Source: Eledone cirrhosa (taxonomy: Eukaryota). Taken from it: a stretch of DNA of 64,000 bases. Below the pieces are notes generated by a model. The model searched no databases and was not told the origin of the DNA. It saw only the letters and a list, made by a program, of their open reading frames with translations. Positions 22,271 through 35,457 of the stretch are shown here, in pieces (position 1 is the first letter of the stretch; each line of letters starts with the position of its first letter). The stretch is from assembly GCA_964016885.1 (NCBI GenBank), contig OZ024748.1, positions 60,512,001 to 60,576,000 of the forward strand, given 5' to 3'. The translations under genes and the position numbers were made by a program.

Positions 22271-23320
22271 CTAGCAGCAGTACCCAGCGTCGGCTGGGTA
22301 GGTAAAATAATATCTGCTTTGATGAAAAGGTGTTGATCTTAGCGACTGCGAGTTTCTTGAAAATCGGTCGTAAGGTGTAGCAAATGGCGAAATGTTGATT
22401 GAAATCGTATGGAATATGTGGGAGGTGGATAAAATCGTATTTTGAAGAGTTAAACGGCTGCCACGCCGTCCCTGAACAAAAAATGCAAAGTGTAAAGCTA
22501 CTATAAGATGTACAATGACAAATTCTATCGTAGTATAAACGTTGAACCAAATAAATTGATTTATGTGTAAGGTCGAGCCGAAGTTTCGAATTTGAACGAA
22601 ATCGGTTGAAAAATGTGGGAGCTAATGATAGTTTCTATCGTTGTATAAAAGTTGAACAAAATAAATTGATTTATGTGTGAGGTAGAGCCGAAGTTTCGAA
22701 TTTGAAGGAAATCGGTTGAAAAATGTGGGAGCTAGAGCCGAAAAGGCGGATATTTAAGCGAAAAGGTGGTATTTTCGAAAATTTAGGCGGCTGCCACGCC
22801 GTTCCTGAACAAAAAATCCCAAATATAAAGCCAGTTTAACACGTGAAATAATCAGATCTAGCGTAGTGTAAAATTTGAATATAGTAGGTTGATTAATGTG
22901 GGAGCTAGAGCCGAAAAAGTGTCAATTTGAGTCTAAAAGTGGTATTTTTGAATATTTAAGCGGCTGCCACGCCGTCCTTGAATAACAAATGCAAAATATA
23001 AAGCGATTACAGGATGTGCAATGATAAATTCTATTTGCTTTAAAATTTGAACGAAATCGGTGGCAAAATGTAGGAGCTAGAGCCAAAATCTTATTTTTCG
23101 ATACCTAAAAAAAGGTGCCCCCCCCCCCTATCGATTTTTATCTGCAGAATAACCCCGGAATAAAAAAAAAAACGACACGCTGAAACGTAGAAAACACTCC
23201 CCGATAATTAATCTATTAGCCTGTAAAATTTCATGAAAATCGGTTGTAAGATGTAGGCCCCTATAGGTAATACATAGACACTCACACATACTTAATTTTA
23301 TATATATATATATATATATA
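22271..23320 (-). mobile_element. Non-autonomous Helitron with internal tandem repeats
   Basis: Minus strand ends with hairpin TACCCAGC-CGAC-GCTGGGTA, 6 nt, then CTAG|T (22271-22300); 5' end lost in (TA)n; internal repeats GGCTGCCACGCCGT (x3) and ATGTGGGAGCTA. Confidence 0.7.
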
Positions 23321-23479
23321 GTAATAATAATAAATTTGAAGACTAAAATCCAAAGAGGGCAAGATAAGGATAAATATATATCAAATATATAAGAACCGTA
23401 ATAAGTATATATATTTATATATTAAGGGAAGAGGGTGGTTTCAACAAGGAAAGGCAACAGGGAGAACAATGCAATACAA

Positions 23480-23660
23480 TAATTGTTTCTAGTTTTGGCA
23501 CAAGGCCAGCAAATACCCAGTGCATTACTGGTACTTTATTTTATCGACCACGTAAGGATGAAAGGCAAAGTTAACCTCGGCAGGATTTGAACTCAGAATG
23601 GCAAAGGCCGTAACTCTATGTGTCAAAGCATGGCGTCCGACCCTCTACTGATACTGCCAT
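23480..23660 (-). mobile_element. SINE family B
   Basis: High similarity to 4752-4937. Confidence 0.8.
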
Positions 23661-24816
23661 GGAAGTATAACGCTTGATCTAGTAGGAAATGTATCACTGT
23701 TTCGGGCTTTAATCCTTCGTCGGAATAAGGAATGAGAGTGAGAAGAAGAAATAGAATGATAGAAGGGAGTAAGAAAAAATTAAAACGGAAAAACAGTTGA
23801 AGTTTAGTTAGTTACCCATATTATATACCCATATCATATATTATATGCAATATACATCTAATATAATATATAAATTAATTAGTATACTATATAATGATAA
23901 ATAATAATTTTATGCAAAATTTATCTAACATAATGTACTATATATTTCAAAATGTATACTATATTGAATATTAACCATACTATGTTCTGTCTTCGGTACA
24001 ATACACTATACATTATATAGTACAAGTGATACACAATGGCTATTATAAAATCCCATTAGGACACATACGATTAACACGTTAGAACACTGAATATTAATAG
24101 CGTATGGCGAAGTGATGATTTTAACTGAGGCATGCTGGGATACCTGATAGAAATAGAAGGTAGGGGAGAGAAACAACAACAACATCAACAATGATAATAA
24201 CTGGCGGACATACTAAAAACATTCAATGTTAATGGAGCTAGGAAAAATGATGGCTTTGACTGACGAATGCTGGGATACATAAAAGAAAACTGAGATAAAA
24301 ATAAGACAACATATGACGAAATAAAGCAAAAGATAGCAAAAATGCTGATAGGCGTGTCAGGGTGTGACAGATATCTTATAAGATTACTCAATGTTACATA
24401 TTGATGTGGTTGTAATAATGGTTTATATCAGCAGTCAGTGATATGTCCATTAACGTCTTGGCAGACATATTTATAACGATGTTTCCATTCCACTACAATG
24501 GACTACTGTTTTACAATACATTTTCAACTGTTGATCATTGATTTCAAGGTCAGATTTTTATTTAAAACGTTTATTCCTTTGTTTAAGTGCTTCTATGTTT
24601 AATAATATATTTAAATTTATAATTTATTTTCTCTTTATTGCGATGTTTGTCATTTTTTTTTTCAAATATATTTACTCTATTTAGTTTTATTTATCCACTT
24701 GTGTGTAGGAACGTATTACTGTTTTGGTTGTGGCTGTCGTTATTGTACTTGCTCTAGTCTATATACTTGTTCTTCTCTTCGTCGTTGTCTTTGTTGTTGA
24801 TGATTGTTTGTTCTAG

Positions 24817-24879
<63 letters not shown>

Positions 24880-25264
24880 CTAGAGAGAGATAATCAAAAC
24901 ATACAAACTTACATACACATACATAAGTATTTATATGTATATAATATTTATACTTGATCAAAAGAAATAATCAATATATATCTAAATATTTTTCAATACA
25001 TTACGATATTGACATGTATACCTTAATGGCAAATATGAAATATTCCTGATCAAAACAAATGATTAATTTGAAAACATCAATATAAATTATTACTTTTTTG
25101 TTTAATTTAATATAAAGTTCTGCAAAAAGTCAACCAGTAAACTGTCATTTTCTCCTCAGTCTTCTACACTTCAATATTTATTGTAAACAACAGATTGACT
25201 TAAGAAGCATTGGGAATCTCCCGAAGATATAAACTGTCAAACCACACGATAGAAAGTACTGAAT

Positions 25265-26020
25265 ATTGATTCCTGGTTTAAGCACAAGGCCAGCAATTTT
25301 GGAAGCAGGGGAAAGTCGGTTAACTCGACCTCAGTACGTTACTGTTTCTTTATTTTATCGATCCCGTAATGAAGAAAGACAAAATTAACCTCGACAGTAT
25401 TTGAAATCAGAATGTAAATGGACGTAACTCAATGCTACAAAGTAAGTTGCCCGACACGCTGCCGATACTGCCAACCCATCACCCTAACTCGAATGATAAT
25501 AATTGTTTCTACTTTTGGCACAAGGCCAGCAATTATCCCAGTGTACTTTATTTTATCGACCCCGTAAGGATGAAAGGCAAAGTTAACCGCGGCGGGATTT
25601 GAACTCGGATCATAAAGGGCCCTAACTCTTTGCCGGCAAACCATGTTGTCCGACCCTCTACCGATACTGCCAATCCACCGCCCTCGAATGATAATAATAA
25701 CAATGATTTCTGATTTAGACACGAGGCCAGCAATTTGAAGGTAAGGGGAAAGTCAATTAAATCAACCCAGTGCGTTACTGGTACTTTTTATTTACCCCGT
25801 AAGGATGAAAAGCAAAACTAGCCTCAGCGGGATTTGAATTGAGAACGTAAAGAGGTGTAGCTCTAAGCCATGAAGCATGCTGTCCGACGTTCTACCGATA
25901 CTGCCAATACACCACCTTGAAGTACTAAATATGGATTTCTGATTTAGGCACAAGGCCAACAATTTTTGGGGAGAGGAATATTAAAAATACCTCAGTGCGT
26001 TTCTGGTACTTTATTTTATC
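25265..26020 (-). mobile_element. Cluster of three full and one partial SINE family B copies, head to tail
   Basis: CAC(A/G)AGGCCA(G/A)CAAT at ~25283, ~25520, ~25720 and ~25949, each followed by the SINE body. Confidence 0.8.
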
Positions 26021-26144
26021 AATTATTATTTATTGGAGATTGACAATTCATGTAGACATTTACATAGGTACGACTATATTCCGAATTTCCATATTTAGAC
26101 ATTTTCTTTATTTTTACTTGCGAAACTCCCCCAGTTTGCGGATT

Positions 26145-26472
26145 CGGCTGACCAAGATACTCTCATGGAATGACCAAATGACATTTACTTTTCAACATAT
26201 TCCCTAGGAAAAAAAACATGCAGTTATTAATAAAAAAAAAAAAGTTGAAATTAATGATGCAAGATTTCACAGCTCTAGCAGTAGTCATTCATAGGCTGAC
26301 CAAGATACTCTCATGGAATGACGAAATGGCATTTTTTTTTCAACATAGTCTCTAGAAAAAAAAACCATGCAGTTATTAATAAAAAAAAGATGGAATTAAT
26401 GCATGCAAGATTGCCCAGCTCAAGCATCGATCTTTGATAGTCAGCCTATGAACTTCTCGGCTGACCCTCATA
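26145..26472. mobile_element. Mariner-like MITE with internal tandem duplication
   Basis: GGCTGACCAAGATACTCTCATGGAATGAC occurs twice (~26146, ~26294); right end TCAGCCTATGAACTTCTCGGCTGACCCTCATA matches the TIR at 19.1k. Confidence 0.55.
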
Positions 26473-26830
26473 TGTTTACCTTAGATTATCCGTTGGTGTG
26501 TTTACATATTGAATCTTTATTTACTGAATACTTGAAGATATTTCATCTTCTGAAGTCGTATTTCAAGTGTCTCTTATGGTTTGGAAAATTGTGTTTTCGG
26601 ATAATATAGGAAAACATGAAACATCAAACAACAACATTACTTTACATATACATTCATATAGAGAAACATAGAAGTATTCCTCCTATACACATATACACAT
26701 ACAAACAATGACATGTAAATATACATACATGCCCCCCCCCCCCCCCCCCACACACACATATATACTGACGGACTATTTTTATCATATGTAACCCATGTGC
26801 AACCACGCAGTATTCTTCTTTCCTCTCATG

Positions 26831-26885
<55 letters not shown>

Positions 26886-27016
26886 CCTCTATCTATCTAT
26901 TTGTATATATCTATCTGTATATATATATATATGCAGACGTATAGAGAAAGAGAGAGGGTGTGTGTGTGTGTGTCTGTATAAGATATAGATGTTAGATAGA
27001 TAAATAGATACAGAAA

Positions 27017-27061
<45 letters not shown>

Positions 27062-27977
27062 ACGTGTGTAGGTGTGTGTATCTATGAATATACTGTGAGT
27101 AATCTAAGGTCGAGATGTCCAAAAAAACTTGCTAAAAAATTGGTATGGATTTACACAACAGTTAAATATATATTTATTAAACAAACAGATGTAAACATAT
27201 TTACAATATAAACCATACTAAGAACCCTTTAAAGTGGATTATTGTATATTTTTAAGAGTCTTAGTCAGCAAGGTCCTCAACATGTTGCGCTTTACCGGAG
27301 TGGAGAAAAGAGGAGTTATTCGGTACACGAAGGGAGTTGCTTGGAACAGAATAAAACCTGGGGTAGCATTTCAACTAAAATATATAAAAAAAAAAAAATC
27401 AAACGGCTGGCCAGTAGCTGGTTGCTACTGTGATGCAAGATAAGGACCCGATGAAGATCGACTGGGTTTCAAAGGGCAAGGGTGTATGATGTTAAAATAC
27501 CCGATCAACACATACAATGGTACCAGATTTCATTAACAATGATGTGTCGAAGCAGCTTTTCTATCTAACTGTCTCTTGTGAACACTTAAACAAACACACA
27601 AACACGCAAGCATGCAAACACACACATACACATACACACAAACACACACACACAGAAACACAGACACACAAACACTCACAAACACACACACACAAACACT
27701 CACAAACACACACATGTTTATATATGTTGTTATCGGCTCTTCAGCTAAATTAATCAACAGAACATTCAATCGTGTAAGTGGCTGAGCATTCCACAGACAC
27801 GTGTACCCTTAATTAAATGCTCAGGAAAATTCAGCACAGTACAATGTGTGGCACGTCAGGCCTCTTGAACTACAGGTACAAATCATTTTTGCCTGGAAGA
27901 GGGACTTACGACCCCTTCATACACGCACACGCACGCACGCACGCGCGCCAATCCCTCATTTATATATATGTATATAT

Positions 27978-28140
27978 AGGAAAAGAGTCAGAAACCGGAT
28001 GGCTGAGCTCCGGCTGTTTCGACAGCTAGTTCGGATCTAGCTCGTAACTCTGTTCCTATTACCCACTCTACTTCCCTAAGTATTGAGTACTCTGGTGCGT
28101 TATGGTCCACCTGGTATCTTACCACACCTGCTTTGTTATA
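27978..28140. repeat. Dispersed repeat family C, copy 2
   Basis: Similarity to 3011-3175. Confidence 0.7.
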
Positions 28141-28157
28141 AATATATATATGTATAC

Positions 28158-28203
<46 letters not shown>

Positions 28204-28217
28204 TCATATATAGATAT

Positions 28218-28404
28218 AATTGTTTCTAATTTCGGCACAAGGCCAGCAATTAAACCAGTGTATTACTGGTACGTTATTTTATCGACCCTGTAAGGAGGAA
28301 AGGCAAAGTTAACCTCGGCGGGATTTGAACTCAGATCATAAAGGGCCGTAACTCTTTGCTGCAAAGCATGGCGTCCGACCCTGTACCGATACTGTCAATC
28401 CACC
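28218..28404 (-). mobile_element. SINE family B
   Basis: High similarity to 4752-4937. Confidence 0.8.
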
Positions 28405-28960
28405 AGATTGTAGAGAAGTTACATCACTACATTTATACATTGGCTCTGCTTGATTCAAGTGTCTTAGAATGGAGATAAAATACACTTCACAAATGAGTAA
28501 AACCCATCTGTTACTGTCAGAACTATTATTATACATACATATACATTCATACATACACATATATATCTATATCTGATATATATATATATAACATACAGGT
28601 ATATGAAGATAAATATATTTCCTTAATGATAGGTAGGTAGTGTAAATCTGTTACAAAAGTCTACTAGTAAAGCGATCATAACATTCCTATCTGAAATTCA
28701 TAATTAATGACTTTGATCAAAACTTTTAGTTTCACCTGTTATCCTCGGAAAAACCACCTTTTTGTATCATCAAATCTCGTAATCTGTAATCGAATAATTC
28801 ATATATGTATATATAAATACATATATATGTGTATCTATGTATATATATATATGTATATATCCATGTATGTGTATGTATGTATATATCCATGTATGTGTAT
28901 GTATGTATATATCCATGTATGTGTATGTATGTTATGTATATATCCATGTATGTGTATGTT

Positions 28961-29011
<51 letters not shown>

Positions 29012-29093
29012 GTATGTATATATCCATGTATGTGTATGTATGTATATATATATATATATATATGTATGTATATATCCATGTATGTTTATGTTA

Positions 29094-29697
29094 GGTCACC
29101 AGTTGGTGCTACTGGTAACATGTATCCCAGTACATCCTGTCTCATGGTCGGGTCGTTGGCGACTAAACTGGCAACCCCACCAAGGTTTCTTGGTGAGGAG
29201 GGTGACTTTGGACATCCTGCAGGACTAAAAACAAAAACCGGCAAAGGCCAAAGGAGCTCTTAAGAGTCAATGGCCATCCAAAATCACCGGGAGAGATGAC
29301 CCCTTAGCCTTTGTCAAGGCAGAATTCTAGGAGAAGGAAAACTCTGATATAACACCTGCAACCCTGATGGTATCCAATGATGTTGACTTGTTCTTCTTTT
29401 TGGTAAATATCATCTTGGTTAAGAGAGTGGGACTGGCTTTGTGCAGTGCCTTTGTTCACTATAAAAGCTTCACGGCACAGGCATTGCTTTATATCTGGAG
29501 ATCTCTCTGCACTTGTCGTCACATGGTAACATGGGCCCAGCACTATGTGTCAATAATTGTCACAGGTGTAGTGTTTGTACCAGAGTTTTCAAGTCGCTGG
29601 CTGGACTAAAAAGTCACACTCGTTCAGCCCATCGGTAGGGGTTCTCCTACATGGATGTAAAGTAGTGGCCGTACTCGAAAATGAGTTGGCAGCCACC
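29094..29697 (+). mobile_element. Internally deleted, non-autonomous RTE-clade derivative (family D), copy 1
   Basis: Highly similar to 55503-56134 with the same termini (GGTCACC...GGCAGCCACC); RTE-like 5' UTR motif CTAGGAGAAGGAAAACTCTG; relic C-terminal zinc finger; embedded in (ATGT)n. Confidence 0.7.
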
Positions 29698-30016
29698 ATA
29701 TATATGTATGTATATATCCATGTATGTATATATATGTATATACCCATGTATGTGTATGTATATATATATATGTATATATCTGTGTATGTATATATATATG
29801 TATGTATATATCCATGTATGTGTATGTATATATATATATATATATATGTATATGTCCATGTATGTATATATATATATGTGTATATCTATGTATGTGTATG
29901 TATGTATGTATATATATATATATGTATGTGTATATCTATGTATGTATGTATACATCTATGTATATATCTATGTATGTGTATGTATATATGTATGTATATA
30001 TCCATGTATGTGTATG

Positions 30017-30057
<41 letters not shown>

Positions 30058-30072
30058 CCATGTATGTGTATG

Positions 30073-30121
<49 letters not shown>

Positions 30122-30240
30122 ATATCCATGTATGAGTATGGATGTATATATATATATATATATATGTATGTATATATCCATGTATGAGTATGGATGTATA
30201 TATATATATATATGTATGTATATATCCATGTATGTGTATG

Positions 30241-30281
<41 letters not shown>

Positions 30282-30300
30282 ATATCCATGTATGTGTATG

Positions 30301-30341
<41 letters not shown>

Positions 30342-30364
30342 ATATCCATGTATGTGTATGGATG

Positions 30365-30395
<31 letters not shown>

Positions 30396-30529
30396 ATATC
30401 CATGTATGTGTATGGATGTATATATATATATATATATATGTATGTATATATCCATGTATGTGTATGGATGTTTACATATATATATATATATATGTATGTA
30501 TATATCCATGTATGTGTATGGATGTATAC

Positions 30530-30561
<32 letters not shown>

Positions 30562-30790
30562 ACATCCATGTATGTGTAGATATATATATATATGTCTCTA
30601 GGCGTGTAGGTGTATATATATGTGCATGGTGTATATATATATATATAGTTTTAATATAGAAGAGATTCTACAGGACTAGAACTGTTTCATTCTTTATATA
30701 AATATATTTGTGTGTCTGTGTGTAGGTAGATGTATATATATGTATGCGTGTAGGTGTATATATATATATATATATATGTGCATGGTGTAG

Positions 30791-30821
<31 letters not shown>

Positions 30822-30920
30822 TGTATGTATGTATGTATGTATGTATGTATGTATGTATGTATGTATATATGTGTGTGTAGGTAGAGGTATATATATGTGT
30901 ATGTATGTATGTGTAGGTTC

Positions 30921-30970
<50 letters not shown>
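29698..30970. repeat. TA/TATG microsatellite with minisatellite ATCCATGTATGTGTATGGATG(TA)n
   Basis: Direct periodicity; the same unit occurs upstream at 28830-29090. Confidence 0.9.
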
Positions 30971-30971
<1 letters not shown>

Positions 30972-31790
30972 CACACACGAGCCGGTTAATGTATGTATGT
31001 ATATGCATTATATGTATGTGTACATTTACATAGTTATACATAAATATGTGTATATGTGTATACATACATATATATCCATACATATATAGTTTCAACTTGA
31101 AAGTTTGATCCCTGTAGCTGTTTAAACTCGATAAACTATTTGAGATTCAAAGTTATTTTCAAACATTAAATTTAAAATGTTCTTCTTCTATTCAACTTCA
31201 ATATACAATTTTCCATAAAGATTCTATGGCCTGAGGTTTGTAGTGCTGTGAAGCAATTATTCTGCATGATTATTCGATTTAATAATAAAAGAAAATGTTG
31301 TTTTTAATACAAACGTGTTGCTTCTGAAAAGCGTAACTACGATCATTTGAACAAACTAATGTAAAAGAATAGATACGTGTATGGAAGTATACATATATTT
31401 ATGTGAAATACACATATTATACATGCTTCCATATACTCCTCAATTCTGAATCACGCTGTTTTAGTAGTTTGTTTATTAAAATTTACCTGTCAAGCGTTTA
31501 TTAAATCAAGTGATCATATTCAAATTATGTTATTTGCAAAATATCTACAATGTTTTAACTTCTTATCAGTCAACATCACTCATGCTGGACAATGAACGTA
31601 AAATAGCAACATCATTGGATCTTATACGGAGATTGAGGTAGATATGACATGACCACCGTTTAAAATCTATTTTGGTTAAACATAAACCCGTTGTTCTATA
31701 TGTCCTCTAAATATACCTCACTGCTTCACGCTATCTGTGCTACTGCTAATTATGGTAACATTGTACCGTTCTCATTTGCCATCCACATTG

Positions 31791-31824
<34 letters not shown>

Positions 31825-32077
31825 GTTGAGCCAACTTAAGCAGCTCCATATGCAAATGAGTTTGATCACCTCATTTACACAGAAACCATATATTTTCGCC
31901 TGTTTTCTAGTCCAACAATCGCAAGAGCGGGAAGGGTCGTCTTGATGAGACCTAGATCAGTTCTAAATGCATCGACGATTGTCCCCTTTGCTTCTGCTGG
32001 ACACCACCAGAGGGCGTTAGCTACGGCTTTCTGAATGTTTACCTGTAAACATACTGTATTTCTTTAGCAATACGAAA

Positions 32078-32663
<586 letters not shown>

Positions 32664-33141
32664 ACGAATTTATAGTAGTGAGTTCCATTCCCGGACAGGG
32701 CGATGATTTTTGTTCTTGAGCAAGTCTCTTTATTTCCCGTTGCCCCAATTTATTTTGCTGTAGGTACGAGTTTTGAACTCACTGTTGCTTAGTTATATCG
32801 ACTTAAGCGTTTCCCTTGCACATCGTCGGTGGCATGGACTGGGGAGACATGTATGTATGTCACGGCAACTGCTAGTCTTCCACTAATACACATTGCCCGG
32901 AAGGCAAACATTCTAAGTGCAAATCTCATGGTTTTTCCTGACCGAACGAGGGCCATTACCATTTTACCCATTTATATTTGTATATATATATATATATTCA
33001 TTTGCTGATTTCACTCCTTAAACTGCAGCCATGCAGGATTACCCGTTGTATTTTCAGTCTGTGCCTTTTGCCTTGTACATACAATATATATAACGTTTCA
33101 TTTTGTCTGTGTACAATCACAGTTAATCTTTTCCAACATAC

Positions 33142-33247
<106 letters not shown>

Positions 33248-35293
33248 TTTGAAATCCTTTCAAAGAACATTTATGTAGAGAAACGAAACGAAATGTATAA
33301 AATAACATATTAAAAAAATTGTCACATTTAACTTGAAACAGTTGCTCAGTTCTTTACCAACATTCTATATAGTTCTGTCGTCTATTAGCATATTGTCTTC
33401 GAGCGAAGGAGGTCTCTTTTGTAGATCAAAATACCTGGTGCATTTATAAAGAACCGGAACAATCTCATATACGTACAACGGAAACATTTGCCGATATTCA
33501 ATATGGCGCAGAGATGAAAGATAGGCCTTCCTTTTGGCAATCGTATATAATAACGGATTCCTAGAATATTAACTACTTTGAATATCTTTGAAAGCAATCT
33601 TCCAAAAACTCGCTTTAAGAGATGATCTGAATATCTACTATACAGACGTGTAAACTTCTGTGATTATAAATTATATGTTACAATAAAATAGAACTTGGCA
33701 TACTTTCAAATTAGCCTTATTTATATACTCCAACTATTCTATGTCTAAATACACTGAATTGTCAAATGATTTGAAATCTTGTTTTAGATATCAGTCGGAC
33801 TCTTCAAATTTTACATTTTACCGGAATTTACAAAAACAATAGAGTTACTAATCTTTTAGTTTTTGTTTTTCTTAAGATGTTTTTTTACAAATTAATCAAT
33901 GATGGAAAGTCATCGTCCATGATTTTCATTTCATCAGAACCTTCGAGGGATATAGGAGGAAGAGAGGGACATATCCTCAAACACCCAAGAGTTAAGTAGA
34001 GGCGTTAAACCAGGTGACGGGTTTCGGTCTACAAAATTTCATTCACAAGGTTTTTGCCTGATGCTCTACCGACTATATCAATCCTAGTGTTTCTAATATT
34101 AATAATTAATTAATGTAGGTAGATTGTTGGAATTTGTGCACGTTAAAATTGTAGCTCAATTGTAGAACTGGTAGAAAGTGGGATGACAAATTAATGCTGG
34201 ATATATAGAACGGGTAATTTGCCGGACAATATGGCGAAGTGTTGGTAGAATTAATATAGAATCAGATCAAGTTGTAGAAGATTGATAGTATTTGTAATGT
34301 CAACAATATAGAGCTGGATACTATCATATACACAAAATGGCAGTGCGTTGGCGTATTCAGAAAAGTGACGGAGAAATGTGTGGCGGGTTAGAAGACTTAA
34401 AAGAATGGACAGAGAATTTGGTGGTGGATTTGGATACTTAGAAGTGGGGCTGAAGAAATTAGCGGTGAATTGGAGGACTGAAGAAAACAGGAGAAATTTG
34501 GGTGGGTTGAGACTTGGGGAAAGGGGACGGTGAGTTGGTAAATTCAGAAAAATGTCGGAAGAATTGTTGGTGGATCGGAACATTTGGACGAGGACCGGAC
34601 CGGAAAATTGTTAGTGGGTGGGCAGAATTTGAAGAGGGCCGAAGAAATTGGCGGTGTATTGAGATATTTCGAAAAGTATTTAAAAAACGGGGAAGTGCAT
34701 GATCAGAACGTGCTGAGGGGTGAACAAAATACGTTATTTACTCTTGCTTCAATAAGTTCTGTTTTCAAAACCACCCAATGTCAATTTACCTTTCATCCTC
34801 CTGCGGTTGATTAATTAAGGTAGCAGTTCAATACAGTAGTCACATTTATCTTCCCAGGATCTTTGGCCGTTTAAAATATCTAAAATTCAATATTAAGAAT
34901 CTTACTCGGTAGAGCCACCAACTGGTTACATATTTTTATTATTAATAATTAATTCTAAGAAGTGATTAAATTGACTATTAATTACTTAATTAAATCTAAC
35001 TAATTAGCGACTGCTTTAATGTAATCAGTAATTGGTGATTTGATTTAATTAGTAGGCAGAATATAATTACAAACAAAATTGATTGTAGTATTGTTGTTGG
35101 TTGTCTCACAACAGCTCTGACCAAACACATATAAACAAACGTTTTAAGACCATCAAGTATTTTCGTGTATCTAGGACTGACATTTCTAATGTGTTCTTGT
35201 TTTAAGACGATAAAGAGTGATTCATGAAAAATTCGGCTGCTTTATCTAGCAGACCAAATATTCAGGTAGGCAAGTTTTTGTTGTTGTTTAATC

Positions 35294-35355
<62 letters not shown>

Positions 35356-35396
35356 AAGAGGGATAAGTCAACATTTCATAATTTACTTCTTTCATT

Positions 35397-35457
35397 ACCG
35401 TTATATATATATTTCGCTGATAGTCACAATTCAACAGCTATGACCTCTTCAGACAGT
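35397..35457 (-). ncRNA. Type I hammerhead-like motif
   Basis: actgt CTGAAGA ggtca...tgact.atcagc GAA atatatatat A acggt; stem I 5 bp with one G-U; stem II irregular. Confidence 0.5.

Noticed and set aside
23694-23725. Minus-strand CCGACGA..GAAACAGTG hammerhead-like motif
   Set aside because: Core and cleavage triplet are non-canonical and stem I is absent; at most a decayed relic.
24113-24310. Two imperfect repeats with CTGA..ATGCTGGGATAC resembling ribozyme cores
   Set aside because: GAAA and stems I/III are not recoverable.
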